A stretch of DNA of 62,137 nt, counting the filler, from Chiloscyllium plagiosum (Eukaryota), in the NCBI RefSeq assembly GCF_004010195.1. It is 4 parts of one record of this genome, joined end to end, with 100 filler letters (N's around TTAATTAATTAA, not from the genome) between each part and the next. Parts side by side here need not be neighbours in the genome. Positions count along the whole stretch, not along the records: positions 29,106 to 45,366 come from NC_057712.1; positions 45,467 to 57,332 come from NC_057712.1; 2 more parts are not named here. The stretch is one strand, 5' to 3'. Under the pieces are notes generated by a model. That model made no database searches. It was given only the letters and a program-made list of their open reading frames with translations, and was not told the origin of the DNA. A program made the translations under genes and the position numbers. This document shows, piece by piece, positions 39,376 through 51,438 of the stretch (position 1 is its first letter; every line of letters begins with the position of its first letter).

Positions 39376-41111
39376 GTGTGTATCATTTAAACACCCTGCC
39401 ATTGTGTGATTCACAACTCCCTGCTGTTCTGATTCATTCCATTGATTTCTCCATGATGCACACTAGCTCCACAATGTATCTGCTTTCTAACTAGAATCTC
39501 CCTATCGACCTCCCCATCCCCTTGCCTTCAAACAGTCCACTGCTCATTCACTTCCCTGAGTGCACACAAAGAAAATGAGTTCCTCTACCTCAAAACTGTA
39601 CTGACTGGTGATAAAAAATAAATCAGTAACACAATGCCATTTGATTCAGACTGGGCACGATGAGGGGTATGTGACTGGTAGGTAAAATCAATGCTGCGAT
39701 CACCTTCACTTGGGGCAGAGGGTGAGACGTGACATTCCAAATGAGTACTGTGTGATTTACAAGCATCAGTGATGACATTTTCTCATTGCTTATAATTGAT
39801 TCATGAAGCTATTACAGATTCAGTCCAGTGAAAAGAATAATGAATTATCCAAGAATGATTACCAGGCACTGTTCTCATCAGTGCAGTCTAATAATGGGGA
39901 AGTGAGTTAGGAGGGATGTTTATGGACGTTGTACAAGCTTTGAGATTACATGTCTGAAATCTGTGCTACTGTTATTTACAGTACAACAGTCCAGCTAGTC
40001 TGGACTCTGCGGTATGTTTTTGTCATACTCTAACAGTCACCAATAGTCAGGGTGCTGCTACATGTCACTGACGCACAATTACACAATAGAATAGTGAGGC
40101 ATATTTATACAGCATTCACCCACAGCTTAAAATGTCAACACCCCATAATTATTATATTAAACTACAGTAAGATCCTGTTTTATCTTGTTTCCCTTTAACA
40201 TTGGTGATTTGTGCAGTTCTTATTCTTGCTTGACGTTATGAATTTCTAGTCATTTGATGTTAGTCTGCCAGTAGGGAGCAATCTTTGCCACTCCTTGATC
40301 TGCTCTCTTACTATCAGGCCTTAGGGTTTACAATGTCTCCCAGTCCCTCATCCACCGTCTCATTGCTGATGCTGCTCCTAGACCCTTCCTCTCTCTGGAG
40401 ACCCCTGCTTGCCCCCCTCCCACTGGTTCCCTCTCCTGAACCCTCGCTGTCTCTAAGGGCTGGAGGTGGAGGGACAAGAGGCTGGATTGACAGCTCCGAC
40501 TACCACCTGTTCCTCACTGAGTCAGCTTCATTCCAGACCAGACCAGCCCCCACAGTGTACAGAGCAACCTGGAACCCAGCCCCCATCAGGGACTGACAGG
40601 AGACAAGATGAAAATTAACAATCCATACCACAACAGCATTGCTTGAGAGTATTGACATTATGATTGTTTTTTCCTTCAGAAAGTACTTTGTGAATTATGT
40701 TAATCTTGCACTTTTAAAAGCATAAGCTCTTCACTCAAGTTATTAACAGGCTCTGAGCTGCTAATGAGTTGGCATCGAAGTCATTTTCCCATAGACTAAA
40801 GAGCCTATTCATTACACTGTCTCAGCGACTGGCAAACATCTCTCATCCATTTCAGTCCGAAAGCTTTTGATCCCATTTCCAGCTGTGAACAGTGCAATGT
40901 AAAACTCAGAGACACGCTGCCAGGGAAATACAAGGCAGCATAAGATTCAGGGAGAGCAGGGAAGGGGTGCAGTGGGAGGGGCGTAGGCTGCCTTTTCCTC
41001 ATTCCCCATCATTCCACTCAATCAAACTGCATTACAAGGGCTGGAGAGAGGGGGGAAACTGTGTGGGGAAGGTGTGACACTGACAGCCACCCAGGTTCAC
41101 CAGGCAAGAGA

Positions 41112-41410
41112 GGGGGAAGTGATGGCCCAATGGCATTATCATGTGCCAATTACTCCACAGCTTCATGGGTAATGTCTGGGGAGCTGGGTTCGAATCCCAA
41201 CACAGCAAATGGTGGAATGTGAGTTTAATTTAAAATTTTGGAGTTAAGAGTCTAATAATGACCATAAAACAGCTGTTTTTTTTTTAAAAGGAAGAAAACT
41301 ACTGTCATGTGAGTCCAGACCCAGAACAATGTGGTTGGCCCTTAAACGGCCCTCTGTTCAATTAGAGGTGGCCTAGCCAGTGACACCCACATTCTGTAAG
41401 TGAATTCGAA
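41112..41410 (+). mobile_element. tRNA-derived SINE (same family as 9001-9790)
   Basis: GGTTCGAATCCC B-box and GCCAGTGACACCCACATTCTGT tail. Confidence 0.7.
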
Positions 41411-43897
41411 CAAAGAGATCCTGCCAGTGCAGGTTACAGCACAGGAAGCAGCTGCTAACCAACTGTGAGAGGCTGAGCACGCCCCACACCAGTGACACCT
41501 GGCAGGTCAGCTCAGACAGGAGCTCCGGCGAGGTGCCACTCATCTCCTGCCTGAAGATGCAGATGAGAACCTGTCCTTTGCTGACACTAGGAATGAAATG
41601 AAAGATCAGCTCCATGATCGCGGGAAGCTGAAGCTACCGCTACAGTGAGCTGACCTCATCCTACACAGAGCACGGTTGGCACAGACTGGAAGACGTGCTG
41701 CACTGTATGACAGTGACAGAGAGGGCACACTGACCTCTCCTTCCTGCCATACTAACCTGAGCACTTCTCACCACTGTCCATGGATCCCTCTTCCATACCC
41801 TCCCTATGTCAATCTATGCTCTCTGTAATTCTCAGGACCTTTAATTTCCTGAGCCAACTTAATATCTAATCATGCAAACCCATGTTCCCCACTCTCGGTC
41901 TGGCTTTTTACACCTGCCAACTTATTGCCAACTCATGTTAATCTATGCCCACCATTTACCCTTCCATCTTCCACGCCAATTCACCTAATATCCACCAAGG
42001 GTGGACTTCAGGAACCAAACTGAGATAAAATAAGATAAAGTTCCAGGAATGTGTTACCGATGTCACTGTATTTTTTAAAAAAAATTATTTATAAAAAGCC
42101 CATTCAATAATTTAAACTCTTCAAAGGCAGCTCCTTGCTTTAAAACAACTTACAGCTATGCAGCTAACTGAATTTACAGTTCCCACATTGTGATGGTAGC
42201 TTATGAAAACAGTCAAGTAGAAATACTGTCATTTGATAAATATAGATCTGAAACTTATGCTGACAACATCCATTAAATTTGCGAGCAGCTATTTTTATTA
42301 ACTTCAGTCTGGATGGATTTTTTTTCTCAAAATTTAAAGAGCAAGGGACTTAAATGATTTGAGAATTGCCCCAATTGCCCCTTATCCATCTTATCTGCAC
42401 ATTCATAGCCACTCTTAACAAACTGAAAAGGGTATCTGACATCTTCCAAAAGACATCTAAATGGTACTCACCTTCTCCAAATTCTGGCAGATTAAGACCT
42501 GTACTTCAAGTATCTAAAGCCCACTAATGATTTCTCAGAGACCTGGGTGACCAAAAGTACTTCTGCTTGAAAGCAGCTAATTGCGAAAGGTGTAGCTGCT
42601 TCTGTAAACCCTGGACCTCTGTGAAACATTTCACTACATCACCCATCACCCTGCCTGGTGAAAATGCTGGATGTGACACTCGGAGTGAGTCTTCAGGATT
42701 GCAACCTACAGCACTTTCTTGGCTTCCAACTTTGCAAAACTCTGAGCTGACGTGTTCAACCATTTGATTAATGAGATGTAGGCAAATCACTTTTTGGAGG
42801 TCTGTTCCAACAATGATTAACTCTGCCCTTCATCACCTCCCACTGGCTTCAAACCAGGTCATTAAATATCAGCAAGTACTCAATGTCCTAAATAGCCTCC
42901 TCTGTGCTATATTAACTCTATCTTTACATAACTATTTGAACAATCTCAGCATATCAGAGGGAAGAAATTCCTCAAGGCATTGTACTTAGCAAAGAGGTTA
43001 ACATGCTGATGACATCTATTTTCGGAATAGTCATTAATCAGTTTATTTTTGTTAAAATCCTGCCCACGGGAATTTGATAGCAACACATTCATCAGTTTGT
43101 TGAATTTAGTGCAAAGATGAATTGGCCATTTGGTTGGATTAGCAGCATCACTGCTGGAAATGCACCCTTGAACTTTGGATCCCAAGAAGAGCTCCTGTAT
43201 AAACTATCTATCTGGAGGAGAAAGTGAGGACTGCAGATGCTCATATCAACTATCTGTCTGTCTCAGTACTGGGAGTGGATGGGCTGTGCTGGGTGACATC
43301 TATAAAGCATGTGTACGACATCTGCTGGGCAAAAGCTGGCACTGCAACTCTCCACTGACCCACATCCTCATTTGTGACTTGCAACTGAACAATGATACGG
43401 AACTCTATCAAAAGAAGGAATTTAAAAACACTCTACCTTTAGAAACTGTCAAACTAAGAGCTTATGATTCACTCACTGATTTTGTATCAGTTTCCTTGAA
43501 GTAATTCATATAAAGGAAAACCGCATGGACGTTTACTGAAGACTAACATTCAATCAAATCCCACTTTTGCAAGCATTTGTATTGATCTTTATCACATGAG
43601 TGTGAAAGTAATTCCATGCCACTATTAAAAAGTGGTGCTAATTCCCATTGAAGAAGTTCATTGATGTCTTGAGGTTTATTTGACATTTCTTTTCAAACAA
43701 TGCCCAAAATGATGATAATATTTTGTAAAGAAGAATGTACACTAAGGATCTCATTTGTGTTTGATAATTTAATGGGATGTCATTATTACATAAGCAGTCA
43801 CAAATGCCATGTACCTTTTTAACTTGTAAGATCCTAACTGTAGAATGCAATTAAAAAGCAAGTTGAACACGTAAAACAAAGGAGTAAGGGCGCACCT

Positions 43898-45366
43898 CAG
43901 TGTCTGAGTGAGACAGTGACCGAGTGAGAGAGTGACCGAGTGAGAGAGTGACCGAGTGCCATAGTGACCGAGTGAGAAAGTGTCCGAGTGAGAGAGTGTC
44001 CGAGTGAGAGAGTGACCGAGTGCCATAGTGACCGAGTGAGACAGTGACCGAGTGAGAGAGTGTCCGAGTGAGAGAGTGACCGAGTGAGACAGTGACCGAG
44101 TGAGACAGTGACCGAGTGAGAGAGTGTCCGAGTGAGAGAGTGTCCGAGTGCCACAGTGACGGAGTGAGACAGTGACCGAGTGCCACAGTGACCGAGTGAG
44201 ACAGTGACCGAGTGCCACAGTGACCGAGTGAGGCAGTGACCGAGTGAGGCAGGGACCGAGTGAGGCAGGGACCGAGTGAGGCAGGGACCGGGTGATACAG
44301 GGACCGAGTGAGGCAGGGACCGGGTGATACAGGGACCGGGTGATACAGGGACCGGGTGATACAGGGACCGAGTGCGACAGGGACCGAGTGCGACAGGGAC
44401 CGAGTGCCAGAGTGAACGAGTGATTCAGTGACCGAGTGAGACAGTGTTTGAGTGAGACAGTGACCGAGTGCGACAGGGTCTGAGTGAGACAGTGACCGAG
44501 TGCCACAGTGACCGAGTGAGACAGTGACCGAGTGAGACAGTGACCGAGTGAGACAGTGACCGAGTGCCACAACGACCGAGTGAGACAGTGAGCGAGTGAG
44601 ACAGTGACCGAGTGCCACAATGACCGAGTGAGACAGTGACCGGGTGAGACAGTGACCGAGTGAGACAGGGTCTGAGTGCGACAGGGACCGAGTGCCACAG
44701 TGACTGAGTGAGACAGTGACCGAGTGCCACAGTGTCTGAGTGCTACAATGACCGAGTGCCACAGTGACTGAGTAGGACAGTGACCGAGTGCCACAGTGAC
44801 CGAGTGCCACAGTGACCGAGTGCCACAGTGACCGGGTGCGACAGTGACCGGGTGCGACAGTGACCGGGTGCGACAGGGACCGGGTGCGACAGGGACCGGG
44901 TGCGACAGGGACCGGGTGCGACAGGGACCGAGTGCGACAGGGACCAAGTGAGACAGTGACCGAGTGAGACAGTGACCGAGTGAGACAGTGACCGAGTGCC
45001 ATAGTGACCGAGTGCCATAGTGACCGGGTGAGACAATGACTGAGTGAGACAGTGACCGAGTGCCACAGTGACCGAGTGAGACAGTGACCGAGTGAGACAT
45101 TGACCGAGTGCCATAGTGACCGAGTGAGACAATGACTGAGTGACACAGTGACCGAGTGACACAGTGACCGAGTGAGACAGTGACCGAGTGAGACAGTGAC
45201 CGAGTGAGACAGTGACCGGGTGAGACAGTGACCGAGTGCCACAGTGACCGAGTGAGACAGTGACCGAGTGCCACAGTGACCGAGTGAGACAGTGACCGAG
45301 TGCCACAGTGACCGAGTGCGACAGGGACCGAGTGCGACAGGGTCCGAGTGCGACAGGGACCGAGTG
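43898..45366. repeat. 16-bp minisatellite (CAGTGACCGAGTGAGA / CAGTGACCGAGTGCCA)n
   Basis: About 90 tandem units with block-wise variants; runs into a spacer. Confidence 0.97.
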
Positions 45367-45466
45367 NNNNNNNNNNNNNNNNNNNNNNNNNNNNNNNNNN
45401 NNNNNNNNNNTTAATTAATTAANNNNNNNNNNNNNNNNNNNNNNNNNNNNNNNNNNNNNNNNNNNN
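45367..45466. other. Artificial scaffold spacer
   Basis: 44N-TTAATTAATTAA-44N. Confidence 0.97.
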
Positions 45467-45690
45467 GGCATTGGCTCACCAGGGGACATTGTGTGATCGC
45501 TCCCACAGGAAAGGCATTGGCTCACCAGGGGACATAGTGTGATCACTCCCTCAGGAAGGGCATTGGCTCACCAGGGGACATTGTGTGATCACTCCCTCAG
45601 GAAAGGCATTGGCTCACCAGGGGACATAGTGTGATCACTCCCTCAGGAAGGGCATTGGCTCACCAGGAGATGTAGTGTGATTGCTCCCTA
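45467..45690. repeat. 46-bp tandem repeat, about 5 copies
   Basis: Unit GGCATTGGCTCACCAGGGGACAT(T/A)GTGTGATCACTCCCTCAGGAA(A/G). Confidence 0.95.
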
Positions 45691-46644
45691 GAGTAGGCTT
45701 ACAGCAGTCAGGGATTTTTTAATGGATCTTTATGTTACAGTGAAGGCTATAGCACTCATTAGTTATTGAACGTATTCAAGACTTAAATCAATAGCTCTTT
45801 GGACACTCAGGACAACCAAGGAATGTGTGGATAGGACAAGATAGTGAGAGTTATATTATGTTCTTGGAAAAGTCACCACACTCCTAGAAGACTACAGGGC
45901 TGCTCTCTCACTGGAGAGAGGCAATTGGTAGTGGTTCAACCTGAAAGTTACCACACCTCAGGTGAGGAGGGAGGTTGGGAAGGAGAGCTGTTCATGGTAA
46001 CCTCAGCCAGCATAGGAATTGAACCCAGGCTGTTAGGATTACTCTACCTTGTAAACCAGCTGTCCAACCAACTGAGCTAGCCAACTCCTATTAGATGCTT
46101 AATCAGTAGTAGAATCAAAGGTTACGGGGAAAATATAGGAAAGTGAACATGAGGAATATCAGATCAGCTACGATCCTACTGAATGGTGGAACAGGCTCGA
46201 GGGGCAGAATGGCCTACTCCTGTTCGTATTTCTTGTGTCTTGTTACCGTCACTGATAGAAAATCATCTCTGATCTTACTGAATGGGAGAGAAGTTGGGTG
46301 GCGAGGGGCTTCTCCTCTTTCTTATGTTCTTCTGTCATCAAATATCCCAGTCAACATGAGGCCAGTATCAGAGCTCCTGGATGGAATGTTCCTTGCCCCA
46401 GATTGGCGTCATGATAAGGAATTTGGGAGTGAAATGTCCAATGAGACCTGGAGATCCTGTTGAGATCATATAGCCAATTTTCCAAACAAATGCTGGGTGG
46501 CAAATTGAGATTCTCACTGATGACTGGTCTATTAAAAGACCAATTGAAAAGGATTATTCTCACCTTCATTAATCCCTAATCACATCTCATTAACACGTCC
46601 TGACCCATTCTCCTGGCTGCTGAATAGAAACTAGGTGTTACACA

Positions 46645-46900
46645 GCATTGCCCTTTGATGTGAAGGGCACTGCTTGTCACTGGCCACTTTGGTGTTTCTT
46701 TTCTTCCTGGTGGTGGAAATTGAATAAAGATTCATCCACCTTGTGTCTTTCACTGTGTCTCACACCTACAGACAGACACACACACATGAGTGCAGGGGAA
46801 AAATAAGCACTACCACAGTTAGGCGGTAGTGCGGGGGTAATGGAAAAAAAAGGAAAAAAAATGAACAAAAAATGATGAGTGATGATAAAAAAAATAATTA
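46645..46900 (+). mobile_element. Poly(A)-tailed retroposon 3' end (same family as 32379-32626)
   Basis: AATAAA, CA-rich tract, hairpin GCACTACCAC..GCGGTAGTGC and A-rich tail. Confidence 0.75.
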
Positions 46901-49900
46901 AACGTGTCAAACATTCTGTTCACCCTAATAAAAAGAAAATAAATAAACGAGATGCTGACAATTCCTGACATGAAAGTTCGGGTGGGTACCTAGCAACTCG
47001 AGCTCACTGCTTGGTCCTTCAGACCATCGTGGTCATCAGGCGCCAATATCTCAGCGTACACTCCATGGACTCCATGTCCACACCACATTGGCATCTGGCA
47101 TGTGCCAGCCATTTTGCATCATTATGTCATATTGCCAGTCTGCTTCCAATACACTGTTACATTTCAATGCTGCACTCTGACCCCTCTCATTGCGGTGCTG
47201 CTGCCCCATACTTTACAGACAGAGACAGAAACCCCAGCTCATGGTTTGGAGTATGGTGTAGCTCAGGGATCATCACTCGCTCTTTTAGCTGAGAGTGTCT
47301 ACTTTAACGCTGACAGTGCCTACTTTAACGTTGACAGTATCCCTACCTTGCCTTTTGGAGTTTTACCCCCTCAGTCAGAGTTTAAAGGCCCACTGTACTT
47401 CTACCCTGAGTTGCCTTTTAGTGCACACATAAAGCCAGGCAGCTCAGCATGGCAGCAGCTGAATGCCAAGGGAGTGAGCACATTGATGTATGGCACTGTG
47501 TTAAGTCAGTGTTACACCTCCACTACCTGTGTATGTATCAAATACACCAGGTATGGTACATGCAGGCTGCCATGTCTCAAAGTCTAGGAGGAGTAGTCTT
47601 CAGTCATGTCTGAGGAACATCCTGCAGTCAGGGAGGTTTTGAAACAGTAAGTCAGGGGCAGCCTCTGATCTCAGTCTGGGGGCTTGGGCACTGTCAGTCA
47701 GATGTGGTCTGGTCTTGATCAGAGGTCTGTCCAATTATGAAGGCGGGGGCCACTCAGTATATGAGGATGTGAAGACAGTAGAGCATTGATAGGAAAGGGA
47801 TCATTTGGGAGTGGAGATATCGATAGTTAGCAACATCAATGGAGGACGAGATGGGGGAGGCACTGCATCACTATTTCAGGTATGTTCACGCTATGTGTTC
47901 GGAGTTGGGCTGGGGGTGGTTAAAGTGGTCAGATGAAGATTTAGACATGCAGATGTGGATGGGGATGTGAGGACGTGTAGAGTTGGGATTAACCGGGAAG
48001 GCAGCCAGGAAAGGAATGTTTACGTTTGGGGACTGACCGAGGGGAGAGGCTGAGCCTGAGACCCACTGTTTGACGAGGGAGTGCCTTCCGTTGTGCTGTC
48101 AAAGATTTTCACGGTGCCTCAGTACACGTGACAATAAATTCAAATCAATTCAATTCAATAAGCAACGGAGATGGAAGTGGCTGCAGTGGGAAGGGTTAGT
48201 GTTTCCTTCCGGGAGGGACAGAGGAAGGGGGCTTCACTTTCCACTAACGTGGGAACCTTCAAAGGTTGACCCTATTACGCGGACACCCAGACAGTGTGCA
48301 CTACATGCTGGCTGTGAACCTTCGGCAGGAGCCCACTGTGTACAGTCCCTGTCCCTGCACCAGATGATCTTGAACACACCTTGTGACACCATACCTGAAT
48401 CATTCTGCTGTCTTCAATCCTGTACAAATGATTGTCCATCCAGAAAGACAGAGCATCGGAGTTAAAGTAGCAATGACTTGGCATTTAACCACTGCCTGCT
48501 CACAGTGCAAGAGCTACTCTCTTCACACCTTGGACATTGTGTCGTGTTAAGGATGAGTGGCCTCTGCATCTTCTATATTGTATTTATAAATGGGAGAAGG
48601 TGTTTAGAGCAACACCTCACCTGTCCCACCAAGTGTCCATAACAGCTTGCCTTCCTTTTAGCTCCCAGTGCAGTCCCAGAATCCTTAGCTGGCATGGAGG
48701 GAGTCTGTCCTCAGTGGAGCTCACTGACCTTGGAGTTTTGGTCAGGTGACCACAGGCACCAGTTAGAAATGGCAGACAGAGCACCAGCCACATGCTCAGA
48801 GGCAGGAGATCACCTGAAACCTTAAAGTTTCACTGACTGCATCCTCCTTGACCTAGTATAGTGTCCTCGCCTGTTTCAAGAAGAGGATCCAGCAATGAAG
48901 GGAAGTCTCCTTGGATGAAGGAGATGGACCGCCATGGGGCTATGTGGTGGAGCGAGAGAGGCCTCTTTGAGGTATCAATATGATACCAAACAAGTACATG
49001 TATGTGCCAATATAATCTGAAATGGGGACTACCTCTACGCCCTGCCACAGTGGAAGAAAAGACCAGGACCCTTACATCTGAGCAACCCAAATCTACTGCA
49101 CCCCATGAGCACCCCTCAAACTTGAATGTCCTGTGTTAATGAAAGAACCAGGAGCTGGATCAGTATCATAACACAACTAACAGGTCATCCCAAGATTCCC
49201 ATCAGGTAAAGCCCTTACTTTTCAGAATAATTCGAACACTGGAACATTCCCAGGGCATCCAAGGATTATATAAGAACCTGCTCCTCCCAACAGTGAGCCT
49301 GCACCTGAATGGGGAGGGGAGGTATGTGGCATGGGGAGAAGATCTGGACAAAACTTCTTGAATGACAGGGTCTGTACATGGGGCCAGGCCCAGTAAACAG
49401 TCTGGACACAGAAGTGATAAGTAAGAAGGTCAACTGTCTGCCTCCAATACAAAGAAATCTCAACTAAAATAGACACAGAACTAGAGTATGGAGAAGGATG
49501 GGGCTTACAAAGCTAGAACACTGAGGTCTTGGAGCAACACAGCCAAGCATTTACCTAATCTACCTGTTCAGAGGTATTATTGCATACTTTTGGAGGAGGT
49601 GGGATTTGAACCTGGGACTCCTGGCGTAGAGGTAAGGGAACTACCACTATGCCACAATAGCCCTCTAAGCCTTGCCAAGTAAGGTAGTGAGAAGGGCTTG
49701 TGTGTTTGGGTGGGGAGGGAAATACTGATATATTGTGGGCATACAATAGTGACGTATAACCTACAGAACTTGGCTCCTGGTAACCAGCACAATACTCAGA
49801 GCAGATAGCCTATCAGGAACAGTCAGGGACCAAACTGTCTGAGATTGGCTTCTGCAGGGAAGTGGCAGTCCTGTGTGTCCTATCAGGAAAGTGGCAGGGT

Positions 49901-49918
49901 ATATCCCATTAAAACCTT

Positions 49919-50199
49919 TTAGATTAGATTACTTACAGTGTGGAAACAGGCCCTTCAGCCCAACAAGTCCACACCGCCCCATCAAAGCGCAACCCACCCA
50001 TACCCCTTACCTAATACTACGGGCAATTTAGCATGGCCAATTCACCTGACCTGCACATCTTTGGATTGTGGGAGGAAACCCACGCAGACACAGGGAGAAT
50101 GTGCAAACTCCACACAGACAGTCGCCTTAGGCGGGAATTGAACCCGGGTCTCTGGCGCTGTGAGGCAGCAGTGCTAACCACTGTGCCACCGTGCTGCCC
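49919..50199 (-). mobile_element. HE1-like V-SINE
   Basis: Full head and TCTAA tail. Confidence 0.92.
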
Positions 50200-51013
50200 G
50201 TGCTTTTAGGAGAAGCTCAATCAATACTTAATGGGAATGTCATAGGAATCNNNNNNNNNNNNNNNNNNNNNNNNNNNNNNNNNNNNNNNNNNNNNNNNNN
50301 NNNNNNNNNNNNNNNNNNNNNNNNNNNNNNNNNNNNNNNNNNNNNNNNNNNNNNNNNNNNNNNNNNNNNNNNNNNNNNNNNNNNNNNNNNNNNNNNNNNN
50401 NNNNNNNNNNNNNNNNNNNNNNNNNNNNNNNNNNNNNNNNNNNNNNNNNNNNNNNNNNNNNNNNNNNNNNNNNNNNNNNNNNNNNNNNNNNNNNNNNNNN
50501 NNNNNNNNNNNNNNNNNNNNNNNNNNNNNNNNNNNNNNNNNNNNNNNNNNNNNNNNNNNNNNNNNNNNNNNNNNNNNNNNNNNNNNNNNNNNNNNNNNNN
50601 NNNNNNNNNNNNNNNNNNNNNNNNNNNNNNNNNNNNNNNNNNNNNNNNNNNNNNNNNNNNNNNNNNNNNNNNNNNNNNNNNNNNNNNNNNNNNNNNNNNN
50701 NNNNNNNNNNNNNNNNNNNNNNNNNNNNNNNNNNNNNNNNNNNNNNNNNNGGGGCAAATTGTTCCTGCTGCTGTGCACCCAAAAAACTTCCCTGGATGTA
50801 ATCCCAGGAATATCCTCTCGAAGTACAGCTGTAATGTTATCCCTAATCAAACAAGCTGCTCCCCCCTCTTGCTCCCCTTTCTATCCTTCCTATAGCACCT
50901 TTGTACAGCCCTGTATGACATTCACAACATGCCCTGTTACCCTCAATGACTGTGCACATTTATTTGTCATATCTTTCTGTTCTTACACCCTTTTTAGCAT
51001 TTCTTTGTCTCAT

Positions 51014-51438
51014 TGCTATGGTTCTGTTCGCCGAGCTGGAAGTTTTTGTTGCAAACGTTTCGTCCCCTGGCTAGGCGACATCATCAGTGCTTTGTGTTTA
51101 AATATACAAACCAACAGCCACGCTCAGACAACAACTCACCAGAACGAAGGACCTGATACCCAACATGAGCAAGACAAATGTGTACAAAATACCATGCAAT
51201 GACTGCACTAAACACTATATAGGACAAACAGGAAGACAGCTAACAATCCGCATACATGAACATCAACTAGCCACGAAACGACACGAACAGCTATCCTTAG
51301 TAGCCACACACGCAGACAAAAAGCAACATGAATTCGACTGGGCCAACACTACTATCATAGGGCAAGCCAGACAGAGAACTTCCAGCTCGGCGAACAGAAC
51401 CACAGCAACGAGCACCCGAGCTACAAATCTTTGCACAA
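51014..51438 (+). mobile_element. Internally deleted Penelope element: inverted 5' terminal repeat, GIY-YIG fragment, 3' repeat, 12-bp TSD
   Basis: GIY-YIG NVYKIPCNDCTKHYIGQTGRQLTIRIHEH; inverted termini GGTTCTGTTCGCCGAGCTGGAAGTT / AACTTCCAGCTCGGCGAACAGAACC; TSD TCTTTGTCTCAT at 51002-51013 and 51439-51450. Confidence 0.92.
51051..51090 (-). ncRNA. Minimal hammerhead ribozyme, second Penelope family
   Basis: Minus strand reads GCA-CUGAUGA-U-GUCGCCU-AGCC-AGGGGAC-GAAAC-GUU-UGC, with a 3-bp stem I (GCA/UGC) and a longer stem II. Confidence 0.75.

Noticed and set aside
42471..42650. Strong minus-strand donor AAG|gtgagt as candidate DDO penultimate exon
   Set aside because: Upstream frames contain stops, show no similarity to DDO (FWADVVLG, TTLKC), and the LEK-ending frame has the wrong phase.
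43769..45306. Long ORFs of 463-501 aa (His/Cys/Ser-rich)
   Set aside because: They are translations of the 16-bp minisatellite, open in several frames with 16-aa periodicity; not genes.
48200..48560. Second Harbinger transposase remnant on the minus strand (GA..DCT-like motif)
   Set aside because: The similarity is too weak and fragmentary to call by eye.
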